64,000 nucleotides of DNA from Thaumarchaeota archaeon UBA223 (GTDB taxonomy: Archaea > Thermoproteota > Nitrososphaeria > Nitrososphaerales > UBA57): assembly GCA_002495905.1 (NCBI GenBank), contig DAHJ01000025.1:21995-85994 (forward strand), written 5' to 3'. A model generated the notes under the pieces. That model was not told where the DNA came from and made no database searches. It saw nothing but the letters and a program-made list of their open reading frames with translations. Of this stretch, positions 9,100 to 19,463 are shown piece after piece (the first letter of the stretch is position 1; every line of letters begins with the position of its first letter). Both the position numbers and the translations under genes were made by a program.

Positions 9100-10551
9100 G
9101 TGGAAAGAAAATTGGTAAAGATTGGAATAACAGAAAAAAAAGATGAAAATTTTTCAGAATGGTATACACAAACAGTATTAAAAGCAGAATTAATAGATTA
9201 TTCACAAGTAAAAGGATTCATAATATTAAGAGAATATGGTTTCTCAATTTGGGAAAACATACAATCAATTCTCGATAAGGAATTTAAAAAAGACGGTACA
9301 AAAAATGCATATTTTCCATTGTTAATTCCAGAATCATTATTAAATAGAGAAGCAGATCATTTCAAAGGTTTTACACCTGAAGTATTCTGGGTAACAAAAA
9401 CAGGAGATAGTGATATAGAAAATAAATTAGCAATAAGGCCAACTTCGGAGACCATAGCATATGAGTCATATGCAAAATGGATAAAGAGTTGGAGAGATTT
9501 GCCTCTAAAATTAAATTTCTGGAATTCTGTATTGAGAGCAGAAATAAAGGATACAAAACCATTTATTAGAACATCAGAATTTTTATGGCAAGAAGGACAC
9601 ACGGTACATGAAACTGAAGAAGATGCAATACAACAAGTTGAATTTATGTTAAAATTATATAAAAAATTCGTGAATGAATATTTAGCTGTACCAATACTTA
9701 CAGGAAAGAAGAGTGACAAGGAAAAGTTTGTTGGAGCAGATTATACATTAACATTAGAAGGAATTATGCCGGATGGAAAGGCATTACAGATGGGAACATC
9801 ACATCATTTAGGACAAAATTTTTCAAAACCATTTGAGATAAGTTTTCTAGGAAAAGACGAAGAACAGCACTTTGCATGGCAGACTTCTTGGGGAGTATCA
9901 TGGAGATTAATGGGGGCTTTGATAATGACGCACGGAGATGATAAGGGATTAATTTTGCCGCCAAAAATAGCTCCTATACAAGTAGTCATAATTCCAATTT
10001 ATTATGATGATGGAAAAAAGAACGAGATATTAGGCGTGATTAATGATATTGTAGAGAAATTTGATTCAAACAATATTAGAAGCTATGTAGATTCTAGTGA
10101 ACAGCACACACCAGGATGGAAATTTAATCAATGGGAAATGAAGGGAGTTCCAATAAGAATAGAAATAGGACCAAAGGATTTAGAGAATAATTCCTTAGTA
10201 GTTGTGAAAAGAAATTCCAAAGATAAGAAGAATATCAGTATTAATGAGAATCCAGTTGATCAAATTGTGAAAGAATTAGACATAATGCAAGATGAATTGT
10301 TTGAAACTGCGAAAAGTAAACAGAGTAAAATGATATACGAAAGTAACAACTACAAAAAATTATGTGAAAGACTAAACAAAGAAAGAGGTTTTGTAAAAGT
10401 AGATTGGTGCGGAAATAGAGATTGTGAAGATAAGGTAAAAGATGAAACTGGAGCAGATATTAGATTGATTGAAGACGAGAATATAAATTCACTTTGCATA
10501 GTCTGTGAGAAGAATGCAACAAATTCAGTTTATTTTGCAAAATCGTATTAG
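9100..10551 (+). CDS. proS: prolyl-tRNA synthetase (archaeal/eukaryotic type)
   Basis: 483 aa class II aaRS: FSEWYTQ N-terminus, AIRPTSE and WQEGHT motifs, and a C-terminal zinc-binding domain ending in Y. GTG start as given in the ORF track. Confidence 0.93.
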   Translation: MERKLVKIGITEKKDENFSEWYTQTVLKAELIDYSQVKGFIILREYGFSIWENIQSILDKEFKKDGTKNAYFPLLIPESLLNREADHFKGFTPEVFWVTKTGDSDIENKLAIRPTSETIAYESYAKWIKSWRDLPLKLNFWNSVLRAEIKDTKPFIRTSEFLWQEGHTVHETEEDAIQQVEFMLKLYKKFVNEYLAVPILTGKKSDKEKFVGADYTLTLEGIMPDGKALQMGTSHHLGQNFSKPFEISFLGKDEEQHFAWQTSWGVSWRLMGALIMTHGDDKGLILPPKIAPIQVVIIPIYYDDGKKNEILGVINDIVEKFDSNNIRSYVDSSEQHTPGWKFNQWEMKGVPIRIEIGPKDLENNSLVVVKRNSKDKKNISINENPVDQIVKELDIMQDELFETAKSKQSKMIYESNNYKKLCERLNKERGFVKVDWCGNRDCEDKVKDETGADIRLIEDENINSLCIVCEKNATNSVYFAKSY

Positions 10552-10590
10552 CGTAGTTATTTATTCTAATATAACGAGGAAATAATATAC

Positions 10591-11391
10591 ATGGATTTAT
10601 CTCAGATAATTATCATTAGCGTGCTTCAAGGAATAATCGAATGGTTACCAATTTCAAGTCAAGGAAACATTATAATTATAATGTCAGAAGTATTTGATTA
10701 CAACATAGAGAATGCGTTAAAATTATCAATAATTCTGCATCTAGGAACAGTAATATCTGCATCCATTTACTTTAGAAATGAAATATTTCATATCGTAGTA
10801 AATTTGAGAAATTATAAATTTGGACATAGTACGGAATATAATTCACTTACTACATTCATAATTTTATCGACGTTATCTTCTAGCATAATAGGATTTATAA
10901 TATTTTCAAGTCTACTTGAGATATCAGGAAATGTTTTATTCACATCAATAATTGGACTTGGATTAATTATAACAGGAATAATTCAGAAAACAATTAAATC
11001 AGATTTGAAGAATGAAAGGAATCTAGATAATAAAATAGCAATAGCAACTGGAATTCTACAAGGATTTGCAGCAATACCAGGAATTTCAAGATCAGGGATA
11101 ACAACATCCTACTTGTTATTCAGTAGATTCAGTCCAAGTACTTCATTAAAATTATCATTCATGATGAGTATACCAGCAGTACTTGCAGCAAATTTATTCA
11201 TATTATTTGGAGAAGGAATTCAAGATTTAAAATTTATAGAACTTGTCATTGCAGTGGCATTTTCATGCATTTCAGGTTTAATTTCAATAAGTAGTTTTAT
11301 GAAAATTGCTCAAAAGATTAGATTCTGGATATTTTCAATAGTCGTAGGAGGATTATTGTTAATACCATATTTATTAGACATAGTAAGTTAA
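10591..11391 (+). CDS. uppP: undecaprenyl-diphosphate phosphatase (BacA/UppP)
   Basis: 266 aa polytopic protein with the UppP motifs EWLPISSQG and PGISRSG. Confidence 0.88.
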   Translation: MDLSQIIIISVLQGIIEWLPISSQGNIIIIMSEVFDYNIENALKLSIILHLGTVISASIYFRNEIFHIVVNLRNYKFGHSTEYNSLTTFIILSTLSSSIIGFIIFSSLLEISGNVLFTSIIGLGLIITGIIQKTIKSDLKNERNLDNKIAIATGILQGFAAIPGISRSGITTSYLLFSRFSPSTSLKLSFMMSIPAVLAANLFILFGEGIQDLKFIELVIAVAFSCISGLISISSFMKIAQKIRFWIFSIVVGGLLLIPYLLDIVS

Positions 11392-11445
11392 ATTTGAGTT
11401 GACGAAAAGACATAGAATTATAAAGTAATTTTATAATTAATTCAC

Positions 11446-11715
11446 ATGAGTGAATCGCCTGAAACAAAACACAAAGTTCCAGTAAAAAACTATCCAGAAG
11501 GTACTAAACCAAAAAGAGTTGCCAAGGAAGTTACAGAAACATTAAAAGGAGTAGTAAGTGCAAAAAAAATTGGTAAATTAAAAAAACAATATGTGGAATG
11601 TCCAGTATTAAAAGAAGAGAGGAATTTTATAGAATGTTTTGCATGTAAGTCGCACATAAGACGAGTTATGGGTGAAGTAGACTGTGCAGGTGAATCTACA
11701 GAAATACAAGTATAG
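11446..11715 (+). CDS. hypothetical basic protein with Cys cluster
   Basis: 89-aa ORF, Lys-rich N-terminus, four Cys in the C-terminal half (CPV..C..C..C). No family recognised. Confidence 0.4.
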   Translation: MSESPETKHKVPVKNYPEGTKPKRVAKEVTETLKGVVSAKKIGKLKKQYVECPVLKEERNFIECFACKSHIRRVMGEVDCAGESTEIQV

Positions 11716-11720
11716 AAATA

Positions 11721-12839
11721 TTACATACTTTTTGCTTGTTCTAATTTTTCGGGAAGGTATTTATCAACAATAGTAGTTAGACCATATTTACTAAAAGCTT
11801 CCAATTCGCATTTAGCTTTAATTTTCATAAATACATCAAGTTCTTTACTCCATACACCTTTTTGATAGCGAGGATCACGCTTCAGTTCAGAGACTCGTTT
11901 GAAATCGACTTCAGTCATTGGAATAGTAGGTAATTTGTATTTAGCAATATCAGATGCCCAGATTCCCAACCACTTAGCAGATGGTACGGTAAGATCGCGT
12001 AAGTGAGCTGCTCCTGCAGAACCAGAAACAATTACCATTGCAATATGTTCACCATAGACATCGCCGTCAGTCATAATATAAACAGGAAGATTTAGTTCTT
12101 TATGTAAACGTTTTAGCATGTATCGAGTAGCACGAGGGGCCTGTCCAGCAGTATCAATAATTATTGCTTTATACTTTGAATGAACTTTTTCTTCAACAAA
12201 TCGATTAAAGAGACCGCCTTTTTCAATGGCAATAATCATTTCAGCAGATGTATCAACAAAATCAGCAGTACTGAGACTAGGACCAATCAAATATCCATCA
12301 GGGTGTGAAGATAGATTCAATCTATTTCCCTCATATCCAGGAACAGTATATTCAATATCTAAATCTCCGAAAATTGCTGAACGTTCTTCAGGATATATAT
12401 TCAATCGTTCTCTTGCAGTAGATATAACAGATTCAAGATCAGTAATAATTGCATCAGATTCAGATTGATCATCATAGTCAACTGCATAAGCTTGTGAAGA
12501 ATAATAAACATCTCGCAACGTGGATGATTTTTTGTTAGACATTAATTCATTGGCAAAAAATGCCAACCAAGTTAATTGAGTAAAGGGACGAATATGTTTA
12601 ATATTAGATGCAGTACGTGACACAGTGTTAGAACCAAGAATATATTGTTTTGTTTTTTTATCATAAACAATATTTCTCACAGATCTACTAGGAAAATGGA
12701 TAGTAGGAAATTTTTGAGAATCCAGATCAGAATAAATTTTGTTGCCAAGTTCTTTTAGTTGTAATTTAAGTTGAGCTTTATGTTTTTCTAAATCATTTTG
12801 TCGTTTTTTTGATTTAGTTTGTTTTTTAGGTTTTGCCAT
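11721..12839 (-). CDS. top6A: DNA topoisomerase VI subunit A (Spo11-like)
   Basis: 372 aa. Toprim region IIAIEKGG...MTDGDVYGEHI and a Spo11-type 5Y-CAP region. One-nucleotide start/stop overlap with top6B. Confidence 0.94.
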   Translation of the reverse strand: MAKPKKQTKSKKRQNDLEKHKAQLKLQLKELGNKIYSDLDSQKFPTIHFPSRSVRNIVYDKKTKQYILGSNTVSRTASNIKHIRPFTQLTWLAFFANELMSNKKSSTLRDVYYSSQAYAVDYDDQSESDAIITDLESVISTARERLNIYPEERSAIFGDLDIEYTVPGYEGNRLNLSSHPDGYLIGPSLSTADFVDTSAEMIIAIEKGGLFNRFVEEKVHSKYKAIIIDTAGQAPRATRYMLKRLHKELNLPVYIMTDGDVYGEHIAMVIVSGSAGAAHLRDLTVPSAKWLGIWASDIAKYKLPTIPMTEVDFKRVSELKRDPRYQKGVWSKELDVFMKIKAKCELEAFSKYGLTTIVDKYLPEKLEQAKSM

Positions 12840-14383
12840 TAATTCTCCCCTTCCTCAAGATATGATTTCAACATTGGTTGGAAATTTGGTAAAGTTTTTT
12901 TGCCAGATAGATCTTTTGAAAATTCTGCAATTAGAGGAAGATATTTGGAATATATATCTCGTCTTCGTTTTACTGCTTCTTGAGAGGATTTACGAGACAA
13001 ATGTAATCGAAGTTGTCGGAGAACTTCACGAACTGCATTTTTTAATTCGCGTTCAATTTCTGGTCGATCTGCAAGGAATTCTTTCCCAGCTGTTTTAAAA
13101 GGTACTTTAGTCGAACATACATGAGTAATTAATGCCAAAGGTGCATTATCGGGAATTTTATAGGCACGTTTTTTGTCTATTGCGAGATCTTTTACTACTT
13201 GCCAAGCAATATCACTGCCTTCATCATAAAGTAGAGGAATTCGATTAGCATAACGGAATAATTTTACACCACCACTACTAACTTTACCACCATATGCAAG
13301 TCCAACTTCTACAATAAATGGAAAACCCGAATATGCAGAAGGAGGTCGTATTGCAATAGTAGAAAATTCAGGTGAAAGTTCACTCATTATACCAGCATTC
13401 AATATATCTCGGCCAAGTGGTGATAAACAATGAGCGTCGGGAGGTAAAAATGATTCATAGTTATGCATTTCATCGACCATTTTTACTATATTTTCATATG
13501 CAAGATCTTTTGGACTTCCTGAATGATCTATACCTGCAGATTTAAAGAAATTAGTAGAAGTAGTAGCGCCTACTCGATGAAAATTATTAGTAAGTAATTT
13601 ATGAAGAGTTTTATCCTTAGTATCTTCAATAAGACGTCTCATTCCTTCAAAATCAAATCCATGTGGATGAGGTTGAGTTTCTACGGGAGGTTTTGGTAAC
13701 GAAGTGGTGCTTCTTGGATAATAAAACATTTTACCTTGTGCATCGATAAAAGATATTTCGGCATAAGGAGTAACTAATGCAGATTCTAAGAAATAATCGT
13801 GGACTTTCGCAGAAGCGCGAAATGAATCACCAGTAAGTAATAGTTCAACAGTAGTTCCAGTGGTTCCTTTTCCTTCAATTATTTCTTTTTTGATGATAAC
13901 AGGTTCATTTTTTTGAATATCAATTCTTAAAGTAAATTTATGAGTTTTTTTTCCGTCAATTGAGGTATAAATAACTACAGGTTTACTCGTTGTAATTTGT
14001 CCATATAAAACAGCCATAGTTCCTCCCATACCAAACATACCACGAGCTTGTCGAAGTTTGTACTTGCTTCCGTAGAAAACACGACCAAAGGCATCGGGAG
14101 CTTTTTCAGGGTCTATTCCAGGTCCATTATCACTAACTTTAAGCTGGTAAGTACGAGGTTCAGAAGCGCGTAATTGATCAATCACAGGAGTCATTCTAAC
14201 GTAGATATTAGGAAGAATTTCGGCAGATTCACAAGCATCAAGAGAGTTTTCTACTAATTCTCGAGTTGCAGTATAAAGTGCTTTAGCAGGATTACTAAAT
14301 CCAGCTAAATCCCTATTACGATAGAAAAATTCACTAGGCGAAATGCCAGAAAAAGTAGTTTTAGTTTTCGACAACAGGGCCAT
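12839..14383 (-). CDS. top6B: DNA topoisomerase VI subunit B (GHKL ATPase)
   Basis: 514 aa. Bergerat-fold motifs ELVENSLDA, DNGPGI and GMFGMGG. Confidence 0.94.
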   Translation of the reverse strand: MALLSKTKTTFSGISPSEFFYRNRDLAGFSNPAKALYTATRELVENSLDACESAEILPNIYVRMTPVIDQLRASEPRTYQLKVSDNGPGIDPEKAPDAFGRVFYGSKYKLRQARGMFGMGGTMAVLYGQITTSKPVVIYTSIDGKKTHKFTLRIDIQKNEPVIIKKEIIEGKGTTGTTVELLLTGDSFRASAKVHDYFLESALVTPYAEISFIDAQGKMFYYPRSTTSLPKPPVETQPHPHGFDFEGMRRLIEDTKDKTLHKLLTNNFHRVGATTSTNFFKSAGIDHSGSPKDLAYENIVKMVDEMHNYESFLPPDAHCLSPLGRDILNAGIMSELSPEFSTIAIRPPSAYSGFPFIVEVGLAYGGKVSSGGVKLFRYANRIPLLYDEGSDIAWQVVKDLAIDKKRAYKIPDNAPLALITHVCSTKVPFKTAGKEFLADRPEIERELKNAVREVLRQLRLHLSRKSSQEAVKRRRDIYSKYLPLIAEFSKDLSGKKTLPNFQPMLKSYLEEGEN

Positions 14384-14930
14384 CCTCCCATAATTGCATT
14401 CGGTCTAATTTAGACTGGGTGCGACTTTTTTGTAATAAATCATAAGCAGTTTTATGTTGGGCTCCTGAAATGAGTAAGTTTATTGCATTTTCAACTAATT
14501 TGATTTGTTCATATGAACCAATTATAGAAATAGAATGTCCATAAACAGAGATATTTGTATTAGATATTTCTTCCATAACTTTTCTGGCTTTGCCATTTTG
14601 ACCAATTACACGGGATTTGATTCTAGAGATAGAATGTGATGATTTTTTAAAATGCTGAGTAAGGTCTATTATTGAGAGAAATTTATCCTCGTCGAGAAGA
14701 TTAGAAGTACTAAGTTGTGAAAAACCATGAGCAATAGATTGAACTAAATCGACTGCAAGAAGAGGATTAGATGTTTCACTATCACTTGAAATATGAACTT
14801 CTCCACTACGACTATCTACATCGAGTTTGACATTACATTTTTGTTCAATCCAAAGTTTTGTTTTTCCTGATTTTCCAACAATAGAACCTATACGATCAAT
14901 AGGTATACGAATAGTTTTATCAAACATCAT
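14361..14930 (-). CDS. KH-domain RNA-binding protein (Dim2/Pno1-like)
   Basis: Two KH-like modules (IGSIVGKSGKTK, VIGQNGKARK). The ORF-track start at 14963 overlaps rio by 44 nt, so I prefer internal Met-12 at 14930. Conserved aIF1A-RIO-KH neighbourhood. Confidence 0.8.
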   Translation of the reverse strand: MMFDKTIRIPIDRIGSIVGKSGKTKLWIEQKCNVKLDVDSRSGEVHISSDSETSNPLLAVDLVQSIAHGFSQLSTSNLLDEDKFLSIIDLTQHFKKSSHSISRIKSRVIGQNGKARKVMEEISNTNISVYGHSISIIGSYEQIKLVENAINLLISGAQHKTAYDLLQKSRTQSKLDRMQLWEDGPVVEN

Positions 14931-15711
14931 TTTCAGTAATCTCCTTAAAGATATTTTCAGCATCCAAAGTAGTGATGCCTCGTTTAGAAAAGAATTTACA
15001 AATATTAATAATATCTCTCAATAAGAAATCTTTAGACATAGGATGTGAAACATCGACAGCAGAACCAAAATCAAATAATATTAAGTCATTAGAATTTTTA
15101 AAAACATTATATTCAGATAAGTCAGAATGAATAAGATTCGATTGTTGATATAATTGCTTAATCAACTTTAGAAGTTCTTCAAAATCAGATTCCTCAACCT
15201 CAGTTTCTGAAAGAGTTGGATAAGGAGCCCCATCAATTCCTAAAAAATCCATAACCAAGACATTTTGTTTTACAGCAATAGGTTTGGGAACAGGAAGATT
15301 AGCAGAATATGCTTTTGAGAGATTTTTAAATTCCTTTCTTGCCCATAATTCTATTAATTTATGTCCATGAGTATTGATATTTTTGAAGCGATGATCTCCT
15401 TCGATATACTGTAATCTTTTACGAAATTCTGAAGCAACGGTAAGATAAATCTTAATGGCGACATCATTTCCGTCTGGTGTAACACCCCAAAATATATTCG
15501 ATTCTTTACCAGAATTAACTATTCCATTTAGATAAGAAAGTGTACCATTATTAAAAAGAGAATAAAGTGTAAGAAGAGTGGGTTTATTAAAAACATCTTG
15601 AAAAACTTGATAATCTTCAGAGCGTTTCTTCAATGAACGATTTGATTTTGCAGAATTATTTACTTTGTTTAAAGCTTTTTTTATTGCGCGATTATCAATT
15701 TGAGATGACAT
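14920..15711 (-). CDS. rio: RIO-type serine/threonine protein kinase
   Basis: 263 aa. The RIO signature includes GKESNIF, VAIKIY, the catalytic loop HSDLSEYN and DFGSAV. Confidence 0.92.
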   Translation of the reverse strand: MSSQIDNRAIKKALNKVNNSAKSNRSLKKRSEDYQVFQDVFNKPTLLTLYSLFNNGTLSYLNGIVNSGKESNIFWGVTPDGNDVAIKIYLTVASEFRKRLQYIEGDHRFKNINTHGHKLIELWARKEFKNLSKAYSANLPVPKPIAVKQNVLVMDFLGIDGAPYPTLSETEVEESDFEELLKLIKQLYQQSNLIHSDLSEYNVFKNSNDLILFDFGSAVDVSHPMSKDFLLRDIINICKFFSKRGITTLDAENIFKEITENDV

Positions 15712-15714
15712 AGT

Positions 15715-16026
15715 CTACAAGTCCTTTGGAAGATGTCCTTGTGATTGCAACCATTCAACTTGCCCGACAGTATATCTCCAAAGAATATCTCCTCGATCAT
15801 CTTCTTTAAAATCCCAAGGTGCGATTATAACAACGTCATTATCACGAATCCAAACTCTGCGTTTTAATTTTCCTCGTATTCTTCCAATACGAATCTTGTC
15901 ATCGGCACATTTAATCTGAATTAATTCACTTCCTAGATGTTTAACAACTCGTCCGAACATTTCGCCTTCTTGAGGTAATTGGACCTCTTTGAGAGATTTT
16001 TCGTTTAGAACTTTTCGCTTACCCAT
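15715..16026 (-). CDS. translation initiation factor aIF1A
   Basis: 103 aa S1/OB-fold protein with the aIF1A pattern GEMFGRVVKHLGSE...GKLKRRVWIRDNDVVII. Confidence 0.93.
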   Translation of the reverse strand: MGKRKVLNEKSLKEVQLPQEGEMFGRVVKHLGSELIQIKCADDKIRIGRIRGKLKRRVWIRDNDVVIIAPWDFKEDDRGDILWRYTVGQVEWLQSQGHLPKDL

Positions 16027-16063
16027 TATATCACAATATAATTGGAAAAATTAGTAATAAACC

Positions 16064-16375
16064 CTATTGTAGGAATTTATAAATTAGGACAAAAGATACG
16101 CCTTCAATTTTTTTAATTGACTCAAGGGATACTAATTCCAAAGTAATTGCCAAATCTACAATATTATTTCCAACAAGATTAAGGGTGTCAGATTTTTTCA
16201 ATAGTTCAATAGCTTGGTTTTCATCAATAATAGTACCTCCAAAGTAATCTTCAGAGATTTCAATTTCATAATCTCCTTCAGAAATAGTCGTTCCAATGTT
16301 TTCATTATCGCAAATATTTACAATATTAATATCACGATCATTAATAGAACGAAAATGGAAGGATTTAGAGGGCAT
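16064..16375 (-). CDS. DUF424 (COG2412)-like conserved archaeal protein
   Basis: The ORF-track start at 16411 overlaps aIF2-beta. The ATG at 16375 (MPSKSFHF...) lies 2 nt after the aIF2-beta stop. The pattern VNICDNENIGTT...YFGG..IDE..A.ELLK..D.LNLVG resembles DUF424. Confidence 0.6.
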   Translation of the reverse strand: MPSKSFHFRSINDRDINIVNICDNENIGTTISEGDYEIEISEDYFGGTIIDENQAIELLKKSDTLNLVGNNIVDLAITLELVSLESIKKIEGVSFVLIYKFLQ

Positions 16376-16377
16376 AT

Positions 16378-16815
16378 TTATCGAGAACCAGCAGTGGTTT
16401 TTGCGCCACAAGCCTCACAATTAATAAAATATAGACGTTTGACCTTTTCTAGAGATGTATCGTAACTGTCGCAAACAGTACAAACCACATATTGACGAAT
16501 ATATCGTTTGAGTATAAAATCAAAAGAATCAGGAGTTTTTCTACCAATAAAAATAGCACGGTCTCCGTCAAGAGATGCAGAAGTAGCAAGTTCTTTTGAG
16601 AGAAACATCATAAAATGTTCAGTAGTACGTCGTAATAATTTAGGATAGATAGAAAAATTTCTAAAAAATGTTTTTTGGCCAATCCAGAAAGTTTCTGCTT
16701 TGGGGATTTCGATTCTGTCTTGTTTCTTTACTTCGACTTTAGATAATTGATCTTCAATACGAGTTAAAAGTTCTTTATAAGAATCGTCTTTCATTAACAT
16801 AGAAAACATAATCAA
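16378..16815 (-). CDS. translation initiation factor aIF2 beta subunit
   Basis: 145 aa with a C-terminal zinc ribbon (CTVCDS...CEACG) and the core motif RAIFIGR...ILKRYIRQYVVC. Confidence 0.9.
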   Translation of the reverse strand: MIMFSMLMKDDSYKELLTRIEDQLSKVEVKKQDRIEIPKAETFWIGQKTFFRNFSIYPKLLRRTTEHFMMFLSKELATSASLDGDRAIFIGRKTPDSFDFILKRYIRQYVVCTVCDSYDTSLEKVKRLYFINCEACGAKTTAGSR

Positions 16816-16878
16816 AAGATATAATTGTTTGCAATGAAAGGCGAATAATTATAAGCAAATAATTCCGTCATACGAATA

Positions 16879-17385
16879 ATGGATCTAAAAGACATAATAA
16901 GAGATTATCCCGATTATCCAAAAAAAGGAATAATATTCAAAGACATGTGGCCAACAATAGAAGATCCAGATGCATTTGAACATATTTTAAAAGAATTTGA
17001 AAATGAATTTAGAGGAAAAATAGACAGAGTAATAGGAATAGAATCAAGAGGATTTATATTTGGAGCAGCATTGGCAAATAGATTAAAAATAGGTTTCACG
17101 CCTATAAGAAAGAAAGGTAAACTTCCTGGAGAAACAATATCAACAGATTTTGAATTAGAATATGGAAGCGCGTCAATAGAAATGAAAAATGAATCATTAA
17201 AAGGAAAAAATATTCTCATTATAGATGATTTATTAGCAACAGGTGGAACAGTGGAAGCTGCAATAAAATTGGTTGAAGAATTAGATGGAAATATCATTAG
17301 TTTAGGATTCTTAATTGAATTAGATTTCTTGAAAGCAAGAGAGATTTTATCTAAGTATGATATATTTTCAATAGTGAGGTATTAA
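16879..17385 (+). CDS. apt: adenine phosphoribosyltransferase
   Basis: 168 aa. PRPP motif ILIIDDLLATGGT, and YPDYPKKGIIFKD at the N-terminus. Confidence 0.92.
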   Translation: MDLKDIIRDYPDYPKKGIIFKDMWPTIEDPDAFEHILKEFENEFRGKIDRVIGIESRGFIFGAALANRLKIGFTPIRKKGKLPGETISTDFELEYGSASIEMKNESLKGKNILIIDDLLATGGTVEAAIKLVEELDGNIISLGFLIELDFLKAREILSKYDIFSIVRY

Positions 17386-17389
17386 TGAA

Positions 17390-18172
17390 ATGAAGGCAGA
17401 AATAGCAATAATTGGTGGAACAGGAATATACAATACGGAGATTATTTCAAATAGTCAGAAACTAGATTTAGAAACACCTTATGGTAAGACTTCTGATTCA
17501 TTAACAATTGGAGAATTTAATGGGAAAAAAATTGTATTTCTTCCAAGGCATGGGAAAAAACATAGCGTTCCTCCACATAAAATAAACTTTCGTGCAAATA
17601 TTTGGGCATTAAAGGAAATAGGAGTAAAAAGGATAATTGCACCTTGTGCAGTAGGGAGTTTAAGAGAGAACATGGAACCAGGACATATTGCAATACCTGA
17701 TCAATTTATCGATAGAACTAAAGACAGAGATAGTACATTCTATGATCAAGGTACAGTAGCACATATATCAACGGCAGATCCATTTTGTCCTGAATTAAGA
17801 GATTTAACAATTTCAACAGGGAAGAAATTAAATTATGATATTCATGAAAAAGCAACGCAAGTATGTATAGAAGGTCCTAGGTTTTCAACAAGGGCAGAAT
17901 CAAATATGTTTAGAAATTGGGGAGCTGACACAATAAATATGACGTTATTTCCAGAATGTGTTTTAGCAAGAGAATCACAGATTTGTTATGTAGCAATTGC
18001 AACTATAACAGATTATGATGTTTGGGCAGAAACAGCAGTATCGCATCATGAAGTATTAAAAACACTTGAAGAAAATGTAGAAAAAACGACTAACATTATA
18101 CAGAATATTATTCCACAAATAAATAATGAAAGAAATTGTTTATGTGCAAATGCATTAGAAGGAGCAATTTAA
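17390..18172 (+). CDS. mtnP: S-methyl-5'-thioadenosine phosphorylase
   Basis: 260 aa PNP/MTAP family protein: IAIIGGTG, FLPRHG..H..PPH.INFRANIWALKEIG, NMTLFPE. Confidence 0.9.
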   Translation: MKAEIAIIGGTGIYNTEIISNSQKLDLETPYGKTSDSLTIGEFNGKKIVFLPRHGKKHSVPPHKINFRANIWALKEIGVKRIIAPCAVGSLRENMEPGHIAIPDQFIDRTKDRDSTFYDQGTVAHISTADPFCPELRDLTISTGKKLNYDIHEKATQVCIEGPRFSTRAESNMFRNWGADTINMTLFPECVLARESQICYVAIATITDYDVWAETAVSHHEVLKTLEENVEKTTNIIQNIIPQINNERNCLCANALEGAI

Positions 18173-18204
18173 ATAAAAAGAAATGGATATTTTGATAGGA
18201 GAAA

Positions 18205-19461
18205 GTGAAGATAAAAAAAATGAGTAAAATTACAGATAAGAATTTAGCAGAAAAAGGTAAAAAATCATATGAATGGGCACGAAATAATATGCCTGCTCTT
18301 GTAACAACAATTAATAAAACCTCAAAAGAATTTTCGTTCAAAGGAACAAAGATAGCAGTTTGCTTGCATGTGACAAAAGAAACTTCAGTATTAGTAATGG
18401 GATTAAAAGAATTAGGTGCAGATGTATATCTAGCAGGAGCAAATCCACTATCAACACAAGATGACATTGCAGCGTATTTAGATTCAGAAGGAGTAAATGT
18501 TTTTGCATGGAGAGGTCAAAATGATAAAGAATATCAAGAGTGTATAGATGCTACGTTAGATGCAGAACCAGAAATCATAATGGATGACGGATCTGATGCG
18601 CATATAACATTACATCAGAATCAGAAATATGAGAAGAATAATGTTATTGGGGGGACAGAAGAAACAACCACAGGAGTAGTCAGATTAGAGGCGTTAGAAA
18701 AGAGTGGGAAATTAAAATATCCAATAATAGCAGTAAATAATGCTTATACAAAACATCTATTCGATAATCGATATGGAACAGGACAGAGTACTTTTGATGG
18801 GATTTTAAGATCTACTGCATTATTAATGGCAGGCAAAAAAGTAACAGTTTGTGGATATGGATGGGTTGGAAGAGGAATAGCAGCAAGAGCAAAAGGTCTT
18901 GGAGCAATTGTTTCAGTTTCTGAAATAGACCCAATTAGAGCAATAGAAGCAGTCATGGACGGATTTGATGTAAAACCAATAAATGAATTAGCAAAAGAAT
19001 CAGACATATTTGTCACAGCAACAGGGCAAAAACATGTTATTGATAAAAATAGTATAAGAAACTTAAAAGATGGAGCAATATTAGCTAATGCTGGACACTT
19101 TGATTTAGAAATAGATGTGGCATTTTTGCAAGATATCGCAATAAATGTAAAAACAATCAGAGATAATTTAGAAGAATATGAATTAGACAATGGAACAAAA
19201 ATAGTTCTTGTGGCAAAAGGAAGGATTGCAAACTTAGTAGCCGCAGAAGGTCATCCTCCAGAAGTAATGTCAATGTCATTTTCAAACCAACTTTTAGGTG
19301 CAGTTAAAATTAAATTAGATCATAAAAAACTGAATGGATTAATAGACATGCCTAAAGAAATAGATTACAATGTAGCAAAATATGCTTTAGAAGGAATGAA
19401 GATTAACATTGATACTCAAACGCAAGAACAGAAGGATTATGGAGAATCCTATATTATATAA
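18205..19461 (+). CDS. ahcY: adenosylhomocysteinase (SAH hydrolase)
   Basis: 418 aa. GTEETTTGV, NAD-binding GYGWVGRG, and NAGHFDLEID. GTG start at 18205; an ATG at 18220 is an alternative. Confidence 0.94.
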   Translation: MKIKKMSKITDKNLAEKGKKSYEWARNNMPALVTTINKTSKEFSFKGTKIAVCLHVTKETSVLVMGLKELGADVYLAGANPLSTQDDIAAYLDSEGVNVFAWRGQNDKEYQECIDATLDAEPEIIMDDGSDAHITLHQNQKYEKNNVIGGTEETTTGVVRLEALEKSGKLKYPIIAVNNAYTKHLFDNRYGTGQSTFDGILRSTALLMAGKKVTVCGYGWVGRGIAARAKGLGAIVSVSEIDPIRAIEAVMDGFDVKPINELAKESDIFVTATGQKHVIDKNSIRNLKDGAILANAGHFDLEIDVAFLQDIAINVKTIRDNLEEYELDNGTKIVLVAKGRIANLVAAEGHPPEVMSMSFSNQLLGAVKIKLDHKKLNGLIDMPKEIDYNVAKYALEGMKINIDTQTQEQKDYGESYII

Positions 19462-19463
19462 TT

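Noticed and set aside
9020-9205. 61-aa minus-strand ORF, and the 119-aa ORF at 18108-18467
   Set aside because: These are hydrophobic or low-complexity translations of AT-rich promoter/5' regions. They overlap the starts of proS and ahcY and have no independent support.
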